Shown piece after piece: positions 32,677 through 40,000 of a stretch of 40,000 nucleotides of DNA; the stretch's first letter is position 1; the number at the start of each line of letters is the position of its first letter. This stretch comes from an uncultured Thermoleophilaceae bacterium (GTDB lineage: Bacteria > Actinomycetota > Thermoleophilia > Solirubrobacterales > Thermoleophilaceae): contig CAWEGB010000008.1 of the NCBI GenBank assembly GCA_963808545.1, forward strand, positions 539,388-579,387, in the 5' to 3' direction. The notes under the pieces are model-generated. The model was not told where the DNA came from, did not search any database, and saw nothing but the letters and a program-made list of their open reading frames with translations. Position numbers and translations under genes: made by a program.

Positions 32677-33621
32677 GTGCGAGGGAAGCCGAATGCCCGC
32701 CAGCCCGACCCGGTTGTCGTCATCGTCGGGTCCGTCAACGTCGACCTGGTGGTAGCCACGGAGCGCCTACCGCGCCGCGGCGAGACCGTGCTGGGCAGCC
32801 GCCTCGAACGCTACGGCGGCGGCAAGGGGGCCAACGCGGCGGTCGCCGCGGCACGACTGGGCGCCGAGGCGCGGCTCGTCGCCGCCGTGGGCGACGATGC
32901 TCTGGGCCAGGACGCGCTCACGGAGCTGGCCCACGAGGGGGTCGACATCGAGGGGGTGACCACGGTGTCCGAGGAGGCGACGGGCGCGGCGCTCATCGTG
33001 GTCGATGCGAGCGGTGACAATCAGATCGCCGTTGGAGCTGGTGCCAACTCCGCGCTCGCGCCCGATCGTGTTCGGCGCGCGCTCGAAGGAGCTTTGAATC
33101 GATCCGGATGCCTGCTCGTCAGCCTCGAAGTCCCGCACGAGGCCGTGCGCGCCGCCGTCGCCGCGGGGCGAGAGCGCGGCATTCCGGTCGTCGTCAACCC
33201 GGCGCCGGCCCGCCCGCCGGCTCTCGAGCTCGCCGCCCTCAAGCCGATCTTCACACCCAACGCGCGCGAGGCTCGCCAGCTGACCGGGGAGACGGACAAG
33301 CGGCGGGCGGCGGCCGTGCTCGCGCGACAAACCGGCGCGCCCGTCATCGTCACCGACGGCTCAGACGGAGCCCTGTTACTCGAGGAGCCCGGCGCCGAAG
33401 CGCTTGCCTTGCCCTCGCCGCCGGGTGTGACGGTAGTGGACACCACGGGCGCGGGCGACACGTTCTCCGGCGCGTTGGCCACCCGCATCGCCGCCGGCGA
33501 CCACTTGCGCGCGGCCGCGGGCTTCGCGGTGGCGGCCGGCGCCTGTGCGGTACGCGCCCGTGGCGCGCGCGCAAGCATGCCGACGGAGACGGAGGTCCAT
33601 GCAGTCCTCGGCCGGAGTTAG
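32677..33621 (+). CDS. rbsK: Ribokinase (PfkB family)
   Basis: GTG 32677 has GGGAGG upstream; the track start is GTG 32665. ..VVVIVGSVNVDLV..GGKGANAAVAAARLG.. and the C-terminal ..DTTGAGDTFSGAL.. are ribokinase signatures. Confidence 0.85.
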   Translation: MRGKPNARQPDPVVVIVGSVNVDLVVATERLPRRGETVLGSRLERYGGGKGANAAVAAARLGAEARLVAAVGDDALGQDALTELAHEGVDIEGVTTVSEEATGAALIVVDASGDNQIAVGAGANSALAPDRVRRALEGALNRSGCLLVSLEVPHEAVRAAVAAGRERGIPVVVNPAPARPPALELAALKPIFTPNAREARQLTGETDKRRAAAVLARQTGAPVIVTDGSDGALLLEEPGAEALALPSPPGVTVVDTTGAGDTFSGALATRIAAGDHLRAAAGFAVAAGACAVRARGARASMPTETEVHAVLGRS

Positions 33622-33675
33622 ACTGCCCGGACGGCGCGCGAGTCATGCGCCAGCTGACGAGGAGGAGCTGCAGCC

Positions 33676-34449
33676 ATGCCCGAGCCTGTGCTGGAGGCGC
33701 GCCAGATCGTAAAGCGCTTTGGTCGCGTGCGGGCGTTGCGAGGTGCGAACCTCACTGTCTACCCGCAGGAGGTCGTCGCCCTCGTGGGCGACAACGGCGC
33801 GGGCAAGAGCACCTTGGTGAAGACGGTGGTCGGCGTCCATCCTCCCGACGACGGCGAGATCCTCTTCGAGGGTAGGCCTGTGGCGGTCAACACGCCGCAT
33901 GACGCCAGGGATCTGGGCATCGAGACCGTCTATCAGGACCTCGCGCTGGCGGCGGAGGTCGACCCGGCGGCGAACATGTTCCTGGGCCGCGAGATCCTGC
34001 GCCCCGGGCTGCTCGGCAAGCTCGGCTTCCTGGACAAGCCGGAGATGCGACGGCGCAGCGACGAGGCGTTCGGCACGCTCGGCGTCAGGATCCAGGACAC
34101 GAGTGCGCGGGTGGCCAACATGTCCGGCGGCCAGCGCCAGGGCATCGCCATCTCCCGCGCGGTCACCTGGGCGAGCAAGATCGTCTTCATGGACGAGCCG
34201 ACGGCGGCGCTCGGCGTCGTGCAGACGCGCAACGTGCTCGACCACATCCGGCGCGTGCGCGAGCAGGGGCTATCGGTCGTCCTGATCAGCCACAACATGC
34301 CGGAGGTGTTCGAGGTCGCCGACCGCATCGAGGTGCTGCGGCTCGGGGAGCGCGTCGCGCGCCTGAAGCCGACGGACGTGTCGATGGAGGACGTGGTGGC
34401 CGCGATGACCGGCGCGCTGACCTTCCACGAGGAGGAGGACGGGGGGTGA
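33676..34449 (+). CDS. Sugar ABC transporter ATP-binding protein (single NBD, FrcA-like)
   Basis: 257-aa ORF preceded by GAGGAGGAG. Walker A GDNGAGKST, signature MSGGQRQ and Walker B VFMDEPTAAL. Confidence 0.9.
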   Translation: MPEPVLEARQIVKRFGRVRALRGANLTVYPQEVVALVGDNGAGKSTLVKTVVGVHPPDDGEILFEGRPVAVNTPHDARDLGIETVYQDLALAAEVDPAANMFLGREILRPGLLGKLGFLDKPEMRRRSDEAFGTLGVRIQDTSARVANMSGGQRQGIAISRAVTWASKIVFMDEPTAALGVVQTRNVLDHIRRVREQGLSVVLISHNMPEVFEVADRIEVLRLGERVARLKPTDVSMEDVVAAMTGALTFHEEEDGG

Positions 34450-35480
34450 GCACGCCCCCGACGCCGACCGACGAGGTCGAACTCGAGGAGCTGCTCGCGG
34501 AGGAGCGGGAGCCGTGGTGGCAGCGGCTCGTCACGGGCCAGAGCACGGCGATCGCCCTGATCCTGGTAGGGCTGATCGCCGTCTTCTCGTTCCTGCGGCC
34601 CGAGGAGTTCCTCGACGTCAATAACGCCCGCAACATTGCGACCGACGCCGCGGTCCTGCTCGTGCTCGCGGTCGGCCTGACCTTCGTAATCATCACAGCA
34701 GGCATCGACCTCTCTGTCGGCGCGGTGCTCGTCTTCTCCGGTGTCGTGGCGGCGAAGCTCATGAACGAGATCGGCGGCGACAACTGGGGCGTGATCCTCG
34801 CCGGCCTCGGGGTCGCGCTAGCGTCCGGACTGGGATGGGGCCTGCTGAACGGCTTCCTGGTCGCCAAGGCGAAGATTCCGGCGTTCATCGTCACGCTGGG
34901 CACGCTGGGCATGGCGCTCGGCTCGGCGCTTCTGATCACGGGTGGCGTCGACCAGCGCGACGTGCCCTTCAAGCTCATCGACACGGTCGGCAGCGGGCGG
35001 GCGTTCGACGAGATCCCCTACCTCGTCCTGATCGCTGCGGCCGTGGCGCTCGTGTTCGGCATCATCCTGGCCGCAACCCGCTTCGGCCGCTACACGTACG
35101 CGATCGGCTCGAACGAGGAGGCGGTGCGGCGCGCCGGCGTCAACGTGGACGCGCACCTCATCAAGGTGTATGCGATCGGCGGGACGCTCGCCGGGCTCGC
35201 CGGCTTCATGTCGCTCGCGCGCTTCGGTACCACAACGATCGGCGGCCACTCGACCGACAACCTCGACGCGATCTCTGCGGTCGTCATCGGCGGCACGAGC
35301 CTCTTCGGCGGCATTGGCACGATGATCGGCACTGTCGTCGGCGTCTTCATCCCTGCCGTTCTACGGAACGGCTTCGTAATCGTCGGCGTCCAGCCGTTCT
35401 GGCAGCAGGTGGCGGTGGGCGCCGTGCTGATCGTGGCGGTCTACCTCGACCAGCTGCGCCGGGCTCGCTACCGGCGCTGA
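34446..35480 (+). CDS. Sugar ABC transporter permease (RbsC/FrcC-like)
   Basis: 344-aa ORF with a GTGA overlap with the ATPase gene. Multi-TM, with ..IDLSVGAV.. and ..AIGSNEEAVRRAGVNV.. motifs typical of the carbohydrate uptake transporter-2 (CUT2) family of sugar permeases. Confidence 0.9.
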   Translation: MSTPPTPTDEVELEELLAEEREPWWQRLVTGQSTAIALILVGLIAVFSFLRPEEFLDVNNARNIATDAAVLLVLAVGLTFVIITAGIDLSVGAVLVFSGVVAAKLMNEIGGDNWGVILAGLGVALASGLGWGLLNGFLVAKAKIPAFIVTLGTLGMALGSALLITGGVDQRDVPFKLIDTVGSGRAFDEIPYLVLIAAAVALVFGIILAATRFGRYTYAIGSNEEAVRRAGVNVDAHLIKVYAIGGTLAGLAGFMSLARFGTTTIGGHSTDNLDAISAVVIGGTSLFGGIGTMIGTVVGVFIPAVLRNGFVIVGVQPFWQQVAVGAVLIVAVYLDQLRRARYRR

Positions 35481-35511
35481 TCAAGTTGGCCCAACAACAG
35501 GAGGAGATCTG

Positions 35512-36513
35512 ATGTCAAGCACAGCACGAGGCCCGCGGTGGCGGCTCGCATTCATCGCCGTGCTCGCGCTCTCGGCAGCCCTGCTCGTCGCTGCCTGTGG
35601 TGACGACGATGACGATGGAGGAGGCGGGGGCGGTGGTGGCGGCGACGGCTACACGATGACCCTCATCGCCGGCGTCCGCGGGGACGAGTTCTACATCACG
35701 ATGAACTGCGGCGCCCAGGAGGAGGCCCGAAAGCAGGGAGTCGAGCTCGACTTCCAGGGGCCCGACGAGTTCGACGCCTCACAGCAGACGCCGATCGTCA
35801 ACGCGGTGACGCAGAAGAAGCCCGACGCGATCCTGGTCGCGCCGACCGACACCAAGGCGATGTATGTCCCGATCAAGGCTGCCGCCGACGCCGGCATAAC
35901 GATCGTGCTCGTGGACACCACGCTCGAGCAGGCCGACCTTGCCGTTTCGCAGATCGCGTCGGACAACGAGGCCGGCGGCCGCGAGGCCGCCAAGGCGCTA
36001 GCCGACCTGATCGGCGGCGAGGGCAAGGTCTTCGTCAACAACGTGAAGCCCGGCATCTCGACCACCGACGCACGCGCCCAGGGATTCGAGGACGAGGCCA
36101 AGAACCTCGGCCTCGAGTACGTCGGCATGGAGTACAACGACGACGACCCGGCCAAGGCGGCCACCATCGCCAAGGCACAGCTCGCGAAGAACCCCGATCT
36201 CGCGGGCATCTTCGGGACCAACCTGTTCTCGGCCGAGGGTTCGGCGACCGGCGTGCGCGAGGCCGGCAAGAGCGGCGACGTCAAGATCGTGGGATTCGAC
36301 GCCGGCCCCAAGCAGATGGAGGATCTCGACAGCGGGCTCGTCCAGGCGCTCGTCGCCCAGAAGCCTGCCGACATCGGCAGGCTCGGCGTTCAGCAGGCGG
36401 TGGCCGCGCTGGACGACAAGCCCACCAAGAAGCAGATCGGCACCGACTCGGTGACGCTCACAAAGGACAATCTCGAGGAGAACCCGGACATCCCCTACAA
36501 GTCGGAGTGCTAG
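35512..36513 (+). CDS. Sugar ABC transporter substrate-binding lipoprotein (periplasmic-binding-protein type I)
   Basis: 333-aa ORF preceded by AGGAGGAG. Signal peptide with lipobox LLVAAC, then an Asp5-Gly9-Asp-Gly linker. RbsB-like body (..ILVAPTD.., ..VVLVDT.., ..KIVGFDAGP..). Confidence 0.88.
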   Translation: MSSTARGPRWRLAFIAVLALSAALLVAACGDDDDDGGGGGGGGGDGYTMTLIAGVRGDEFYITMNCGAQEEARKQGVELDFQGPDEFDASQQTPIVNAVTQKKPDAILVAPTDTKAMYVPIKAAADAGITIVLVDTTLEQADLAVSQIASDNEAGGREAAKALADLIGGEGKVFVNNVKPGISTTDARAQGFEDEAKNLGLEYVGMEYNDDDPAKAATIAKAQLAKNPDLAGIFGTNLFSAEGSATGVREAGKSGDVKIVGFDAGPKQMEDLDSGLVQALVAQKPADIGRLGVQQAVAALDDKPTKKQIGTDSVTLTKDNLEENPDIPYKSEC

Positions 36514-36524
36514 CCACCCGCGCC

Positions 36525-36554
36525 GCGGGGTGCGGCCTGAAGGCCGCGCCCCGC
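36525..36554. terminator. Strong GC-rich hairpin between convergent genes (probable bidirectional terminator)
   Basis: 13-bp stem (GCGGGGTGCGGCC / GGCCGCGCCCCGC, one G-U pair) with tetraloop TGAA. Sits between the SBP stop (36513) and the FGGY kinase stop (36572). No U-tract. Confidence 0.6.
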
Positions 36555-36571
36555 CGTGGCAGGGGCTGACC

Positions 36572-37933
36572 TCAGCGCGACGCCCCACTCGACTCTGGCG
36601 AGAGCACGGACGGAAGGTCGTCGACGCTCTCGAAGAGGCCCGCGGCGACGCCGGCGAGGAGCCCCGCGCCGCGGGCGCCGGCCTCGACGACCGAAGGGAC
36701 CTCCACGGCGCCGAAGCGGCCCTTCGACGCACGCACCGCCTCGTCTTGTGCCCAGCCCCCGGTGACGACGATACGCCGGTGCCGGCCGGCGACCTCCTCG
36801 GTCGCCCGCAGCAGCGAGTCGACCTCGGCCGCCACGGCGTCGATTGCCGCTCGCCAGATGCGCTCCGCCGGCACGCCGGCCGGTAGGCGCAGCGGGCGGC
36901 GGTCGAGCGAGTGCAACTCGAGCCCGAGCGCGGGAACCTCGCCCGGAGCGGTGGCGAGCGCGCCTGCGGCGAGCTCGGAGCGGCCTGCGGGGTCGACACC
37001 GAGGCGGTCGAGAACTTCCTGCAGGGCGATGCCGGACCAGAGGCCGGCAAGCAGCGCCTGGCGGCCCTCGGACACGTGGAACCCGACGGTCACTCCTCCG
37101 GCCACGCTGCGGAGGACCTCCTCCGGCCGAAGCGGCGGCGCGACAACACGGACGAGCGCCTCGGCCGTGCCGCAGGAGTCGAGCACGTCGCCGGGGGCGA
37201 CCACCCCCACCCCGACGCCGGCGCAGAGGTGGTCGTGGCCGGCAACGGTAAGGGCGGCGCCCCGCACCTGCGGCAACGCCGCGCCGTCGGCGGCGCCGGC
37301 CGGCGTCCCGGCGAGCACGAGCTCGGGCAGCAGGTCGTCCGGCATCTCAGCCCACGCAACGGCGTCGGCGAAGGGCGCCTTCGCAGCCAGGTCGAGCAGC
37401 CCCGTGCGCGATGACAGCGACAACTCGGCCACGTCGCGGCCGCCAAGCCGGCGGACGACCCACTCTCCGACGTTCAGCCAGCGGCGCGCGGCGCGCGCCG
37501 GTGGATGATGGTCGACTAGCCAGCGCAGCTTCGCCAACGTGCACAGCGGACTGGCGGCCAGACCGGTGCGCTCGCTGAAACGCTCCGCGCCCAGTTCGGC
37601 GGCGATCCGTTCCGCCTCGCTTGCGCCCCGCGCGTCGTGCCAGGCGATGGCGGGATGCAGCACCCGGTTCTCCCCGTCGAGCAGCACACCGGCCTCGGCC
37701 ATGCTGGTCACGCCGACACCCCGCACGCGGCCCTCGGGAGCGGCGGCGACGGCCGCACGCGCGGCCTCCACCGCTGCGCCGAACAGCGCCTCGGGGTCAG
37801 CCTCGGCGCCGGTTGGCACCTGCCGCCACGGGGTCGGCGCCTTGCCATGGGCGAGCTCGCGCCCGTCCTCGTCCACAACCGCCGCCTTGCAGGCGGACGT
37901 GCCGACGTCGATGCCGACGAGCAGGGCGGTCAA
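36572..37933 (-). CDS. FGGY-family carbohydrate kinase (xylulokinase/rhamnulokinase-like)
   Basis: About 453 codons from TTG 37933, which forms a TTGA overlap with the upstream gene stop (the track start at 38005 is less likely). ..LLVGIDVGTSACKAAVVDEDG.. and a C-terminal FGGY_C-like ..IVVTGGWAQDEAV... Confidence 0.8.
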   Translation of the reverse strand: MTALLVGIDVGTSACKAAVVDEDGRELAHGKAPTPWRQVPTGAEADPEALFGAAVEAARAAVAAAPEGRVRGVGVTSMAEAGVLLDGENRVLHPAIAWHDARGASEAERIAAELGAERFSERTGLAASPLCTLAKLRWLVDHHPPARAARRWLNVGEWVVRRLGGRDVAELSLSSRTGLLDLAAKAPFADAVAWAEMPDDLLPELVLAGTPAGAADGAALPQVRGAALTVAGHDHLCAGVGVGVVAPGDVLDSCGTAEALVRVVAPPLRPEEVLRSVAGGVTVGFHVSEGRQALLAGLWSGIALQEVLDRLGVDPAGRSELAAGALATAPGEVPALGLELHSLDRRPLRLPAGVPAERIWRAAIDAVAAEVDSLLRATEEVAGRHRRIVVTGGWAQDEAVRASKGRFGAVEVPSVVEAGARGAGLLAGVAAGLFESVDDLPSVLSPESSGASR

Positions 37934-38949
37934 ACACCGGCTCCGTTCGCAACGGACGCAGGCGGACGGCACACGATAAGCACGACCTCGCCGCTCGCGC
38001 GGCACGCCCCAGCGCCGTGCGGCAGGAGCACTGTTTGGCCCCGGCGCAGCGCGAGCGGCTCACCGTCCTCGGGCGCGAGCGTCCCGTCACCCTCCAAGAC
38101 GACGAGGACCGCGAAGCCGGGGGAGATCTCGGCCGCCGGAGCGGGCACGACCCGCTCAGCGCGGAAGAACGAATCGGCCTCGACAGGCAGCAGCCGGGCG
38201 ACCGGGCCCTCGGGCCGCGGACCTCGCAGGGTCGCGATGTCTTGTCCTGAACGGTCGACGCACTCGAGGGCACTCTCCCAACTCAGGCCGAGGCTGGCCT
38301 CACGCGGGTCGTCGATGCCGAAGCCCTGCCACTCGAGCAGCACCGAGAGGTCACTCGGCTCCTGCAGCTCGACGATCAGTAGTCCCTTGCCAATGGCATG
38401 AGGTACGCCGCTCGGCACGAACAAGGTGTCCCCCGGCTCTACCGCGCAGGGGTTGAGCGCACCGAGGAGGGCGGCGCCGTCCTGCTCATCGACCCAGCGC
38501 TCGAGCGTCTCGGGCGGCACGTCCTCGCGGAAGCCGATGTACACGGTCGCGTCCGGCACGGTCGCGCCGACGACTATCCAGGCCTCGGTCTTGCCGTATG
38601 GCACGCCGAGCGTGGCCCGTGCGAACGGCCCGTCGGGATGAACGTGGACAGGCAGCCGCTGGCCGGCGTCCAGGAGCTTGACGAGCAGCGCGGGATCGGC
38701 CCCTCGCCGGGCGGCATGGCCTCCACCCAGGAAGCCGACCGGATCGGCGGCGATCGCATCGCGCAGCAGCTCACCGCTCGGCAGGCGGCTCAGCCCCAAC
38801 TTTTGCTCGCCGAAGACCGTCGTCGTGGAGCCCACCCAGTCCTCGGGCACATGCGCACCCTGCGGCTGGGTGCCGCGGAGCGCCGCGATTGCGGGCCCAC
38901 CGCGATAGAAGCGCTCTATGCCGTTGGGCGGCAGGACCACCGGCCTCAC
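37930..38949 (-). CDS. manA: Mannose-6-phosphate isomerase, class I (cupin)
   Basis: 339 codons from GTG 38949 (GTGA overlap with the pfkB-like stop). ..LLVKLLDAGQRLPVHVHP.., ..GKTEAWIVV.. and ..FVPSGVPHAIG.. are class I phosphomannose isomerase (PMI) metal-site motifs. The upstream 204 aa of the track ORF is an Arg/Gly-rich shadow frame. Confidence 0.75.
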   Translation of the reverse strand: MRPVVLPPNGIERFYRGGPAIAALRGTQPQGAHVPEDWVGSTTTVFGEQKLGLSRLPSGELLRDAIAADPVGFLGGGHAARRGADPALLVKLLDAGQRLPVHVHPDGPFARATLGVPYGKTEAWIVVGATVPDATVYIGFREDVPPETLERWVDEQDGAALLGALNPCAVEPGDTLFVPSGVPHAIGKGLLIVELQEPSDLSVLLEWQGFGIDDPREASLGLSWESALECVDRSGQDIATLRGPRPEGPVARLLPVEADSFFRAERVVPAPAAEISPGFAVLVVLEGDGTLAPEDGEPLALRRGQTVLLPHGAGACRASGEVVLIVCRPPASVANGAGV

Positions 38950-39899
38950 GGCGCCCGCACCTCCCTCCTCGCGAGCTCCCCCACCCGGAAGAGGTCGACC
39001 GCGCCGGCCTTCGCTGTCTCGACGCTGGCCGCGGCGGTCGCGAGACCGAGCGCGAGCGCGCTGTCGAGCGTCTCGCCGTGCTCGAGCCCGACGCACAGGC
39101 CGCCGACGAGCGCGTCGCCTGCGCCTATTGGGTTTTGGACCTCCGCGCGCGGCGCCGCGTGCCAGCGCGGCTCGCCGCCCTCGACGACCACCGCGGCGCC
39201 CGCCGCACCCGCGGTGACGATCGCCGTCCGCGCGCCGCGGGCGACGAGCCCCGCCGCCGCGCTGGCCGCTCGCTGCCGAACCTCGGCCGGGTCGCCGGCC
39301 TCGACCGTCTCGTCGGCACGTCCGAGCAGTAGCCCCTCCGCCTCGGCGAGGTTCGGCGTGACGAAGTCGGGCCGCGCGCCCAGCGCCGCGGCGAGCGGCG
39401 GCCCGTTTGCATCGACCAGGGCCAGCGCGCGATGCTCGCGCGCCAGCACGATTAGCCGGGCATAGCCATCGTCGGGCGCACCCGGCGGCGCACTGCCACT
39501 GCACGCCAGTACCGCATGGCTTTCCAGCCGCGCGGCGACCGCGCGCTCGTAGCGTTCCCAATCGCCAGCCAGGAGGCGCGGTCCGGGCTCGTTCATGACC
39601 GTCACGCGACCGCCACGTTCGAGCACGACCGCGGTCGACCGCAGCTCTCCGCCGATCGGGACAGCGTCAATGTCCAGTCCCTCGTCGGCGAGCAGCCACG
39701 CCACGGCTTGTCCCGTCCGCCCCGGGGCGAAGCCGACGAGGAGAGCCGACGCATCCAGCGCCCGCGCGACCCGGGCGACGTTGACGCCCTTGCCGCCGGG
39801 CGTTACCGCGACGTCATCGAACCGCAGCACCTCGCCGGGCCGCAGCTCGTCGATTGTGAGCGTACGGTCGATCGTGAGGTTCGGGCCGGCGATGAGCAT
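38946..39899 (-). CDS. PfkB-family sugar-phosphate kinase (1-phosphofructokinase/tagatose-6-phosphate kinase-like)
   Basis: 317-aa ORF starting at ATG 39899. ..TPGGKGVNVARV.. and the C-terminal ..NPIGAGDALVGG.. match the FruK/LacC subfamily. Confidence 0.8.
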   Translation of the reverse strand: MLIAGPNLTIDRTLTIDELRPGEVLRFDDVAVTPGGKGVNVARVARALDASALLVGFAPGRTGQAVAWLLADEGLDIDAVPIGGELRSTAVVLERGGRVTVMNEPGPRLLAGDWERYERAVAARLESHAVLACSGSAPPGAPDDGYARLIVLAREHRALALVDANGPPLAAALGARPDFVTPNLAEAEGLLLGRADETVEAGDPAEVRQRAASAAAGLVARGARTAIVTAGAAGAAVVVEGGEPRWHAAPRAEVQNPIGAGDALVGGLCVGLEHGETLDSALALGLATAAASVETAKAGAVDLFRVGELARREVRAP

Positions 39900-40000
39900 G
39901 CGATGTGGTGCAAGCTACCCCTCGGCCGCGCGTGTCGCGTCGAACCGAGTCCTGCCAGCCGCGATGCGACCGCGGAGGCGGTGCGGAGGACGAGCGTCCT

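Noticed and set aside
38950-39561. Upstream 204 aa of the 543-aa minus-strand track ORF (and plus-strand ORF 38398-39465).
   Set aside because: It is an extremely Arg/Gly/Ala-rich alternate frame of the PfkB gene. PMI homology starts at GTG 38949, which makes a GTGA junction with the PfkB stop.
1-40000. CRISPR arrays, IS elements/transposases, integrases, toxin-antitoxin or defence-system genes.
   Set aside because: No regularly spaced direct repeats, terminal inverted repeats or DDE/tyrosine-recombinase-like translations were recognised in any frame. This was checked by eye only, so small or degenerate elements could be missed.

Overview
Very GC-rich bacterial chromosomal segment (by eye about 70% or more, with G/C at nearly every third codon position). 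It is gene-dense, with many GTG/TTG starts and 1-17 nt start/stop overlaps. The six-frame track is full of long antisense shadow ORFs, which I do not call. Taxon cannot be assigned without a search; the style resembles a high-GC Gram-positive genome.

nt ~630-30760 is one contiguous C1 (methylotrophy) island:
- pqqABCDE, where pqqA is a 46-codon ORF missing from the ORF track.
- A PQQ-dependent methanol/ethanol-family dehydrogenase with the lanthanide-type W-D-Y-D signature but no signal peptide.
- A small degenerate cupredoxin-like protein and a MntP/DUF204-like membrane protein.
- The full tetrahydromethanopterin (H4MPT)-linked formaldehyde oxidation set: fae, mtd, mch, fhcB-A-D-C.
- About 15 genes of the archaeal-like H4MPT/methylofuran cofactor-biosynthesis set: DHPS-like, PCD-like, SDR, CitG-like, two ATP-grasp ligases, DUF447, beta-RFAP-synthase-like, MfnB-like, amino-acid-kinase-like, hydantoinase-like, HisA/F-like, fused PabAB, DUF1464-like, GS-like, FolE2/MptA-like.
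- An R2-like diiron protein.

No cytochrome cL (xoxG/mxaG), xoxJ/mxaJ or mxaI is visible. The island ends at a tRNA-Met-like 3' fragment (~30.9 kb), followed by ~770 bp without convincing coding sequence.

nt 31.7-39.9 kb is an ordinary sugar-utilisation cluster: LacD-like aldolase, ribokinase, ABC transporter, FGGY kinase, mannose-6-P isomerase, PfkB kinase. The left edge carries the 3' part of an MFS transporter gene. No CRISPR array, IS element or integrase was recognised.
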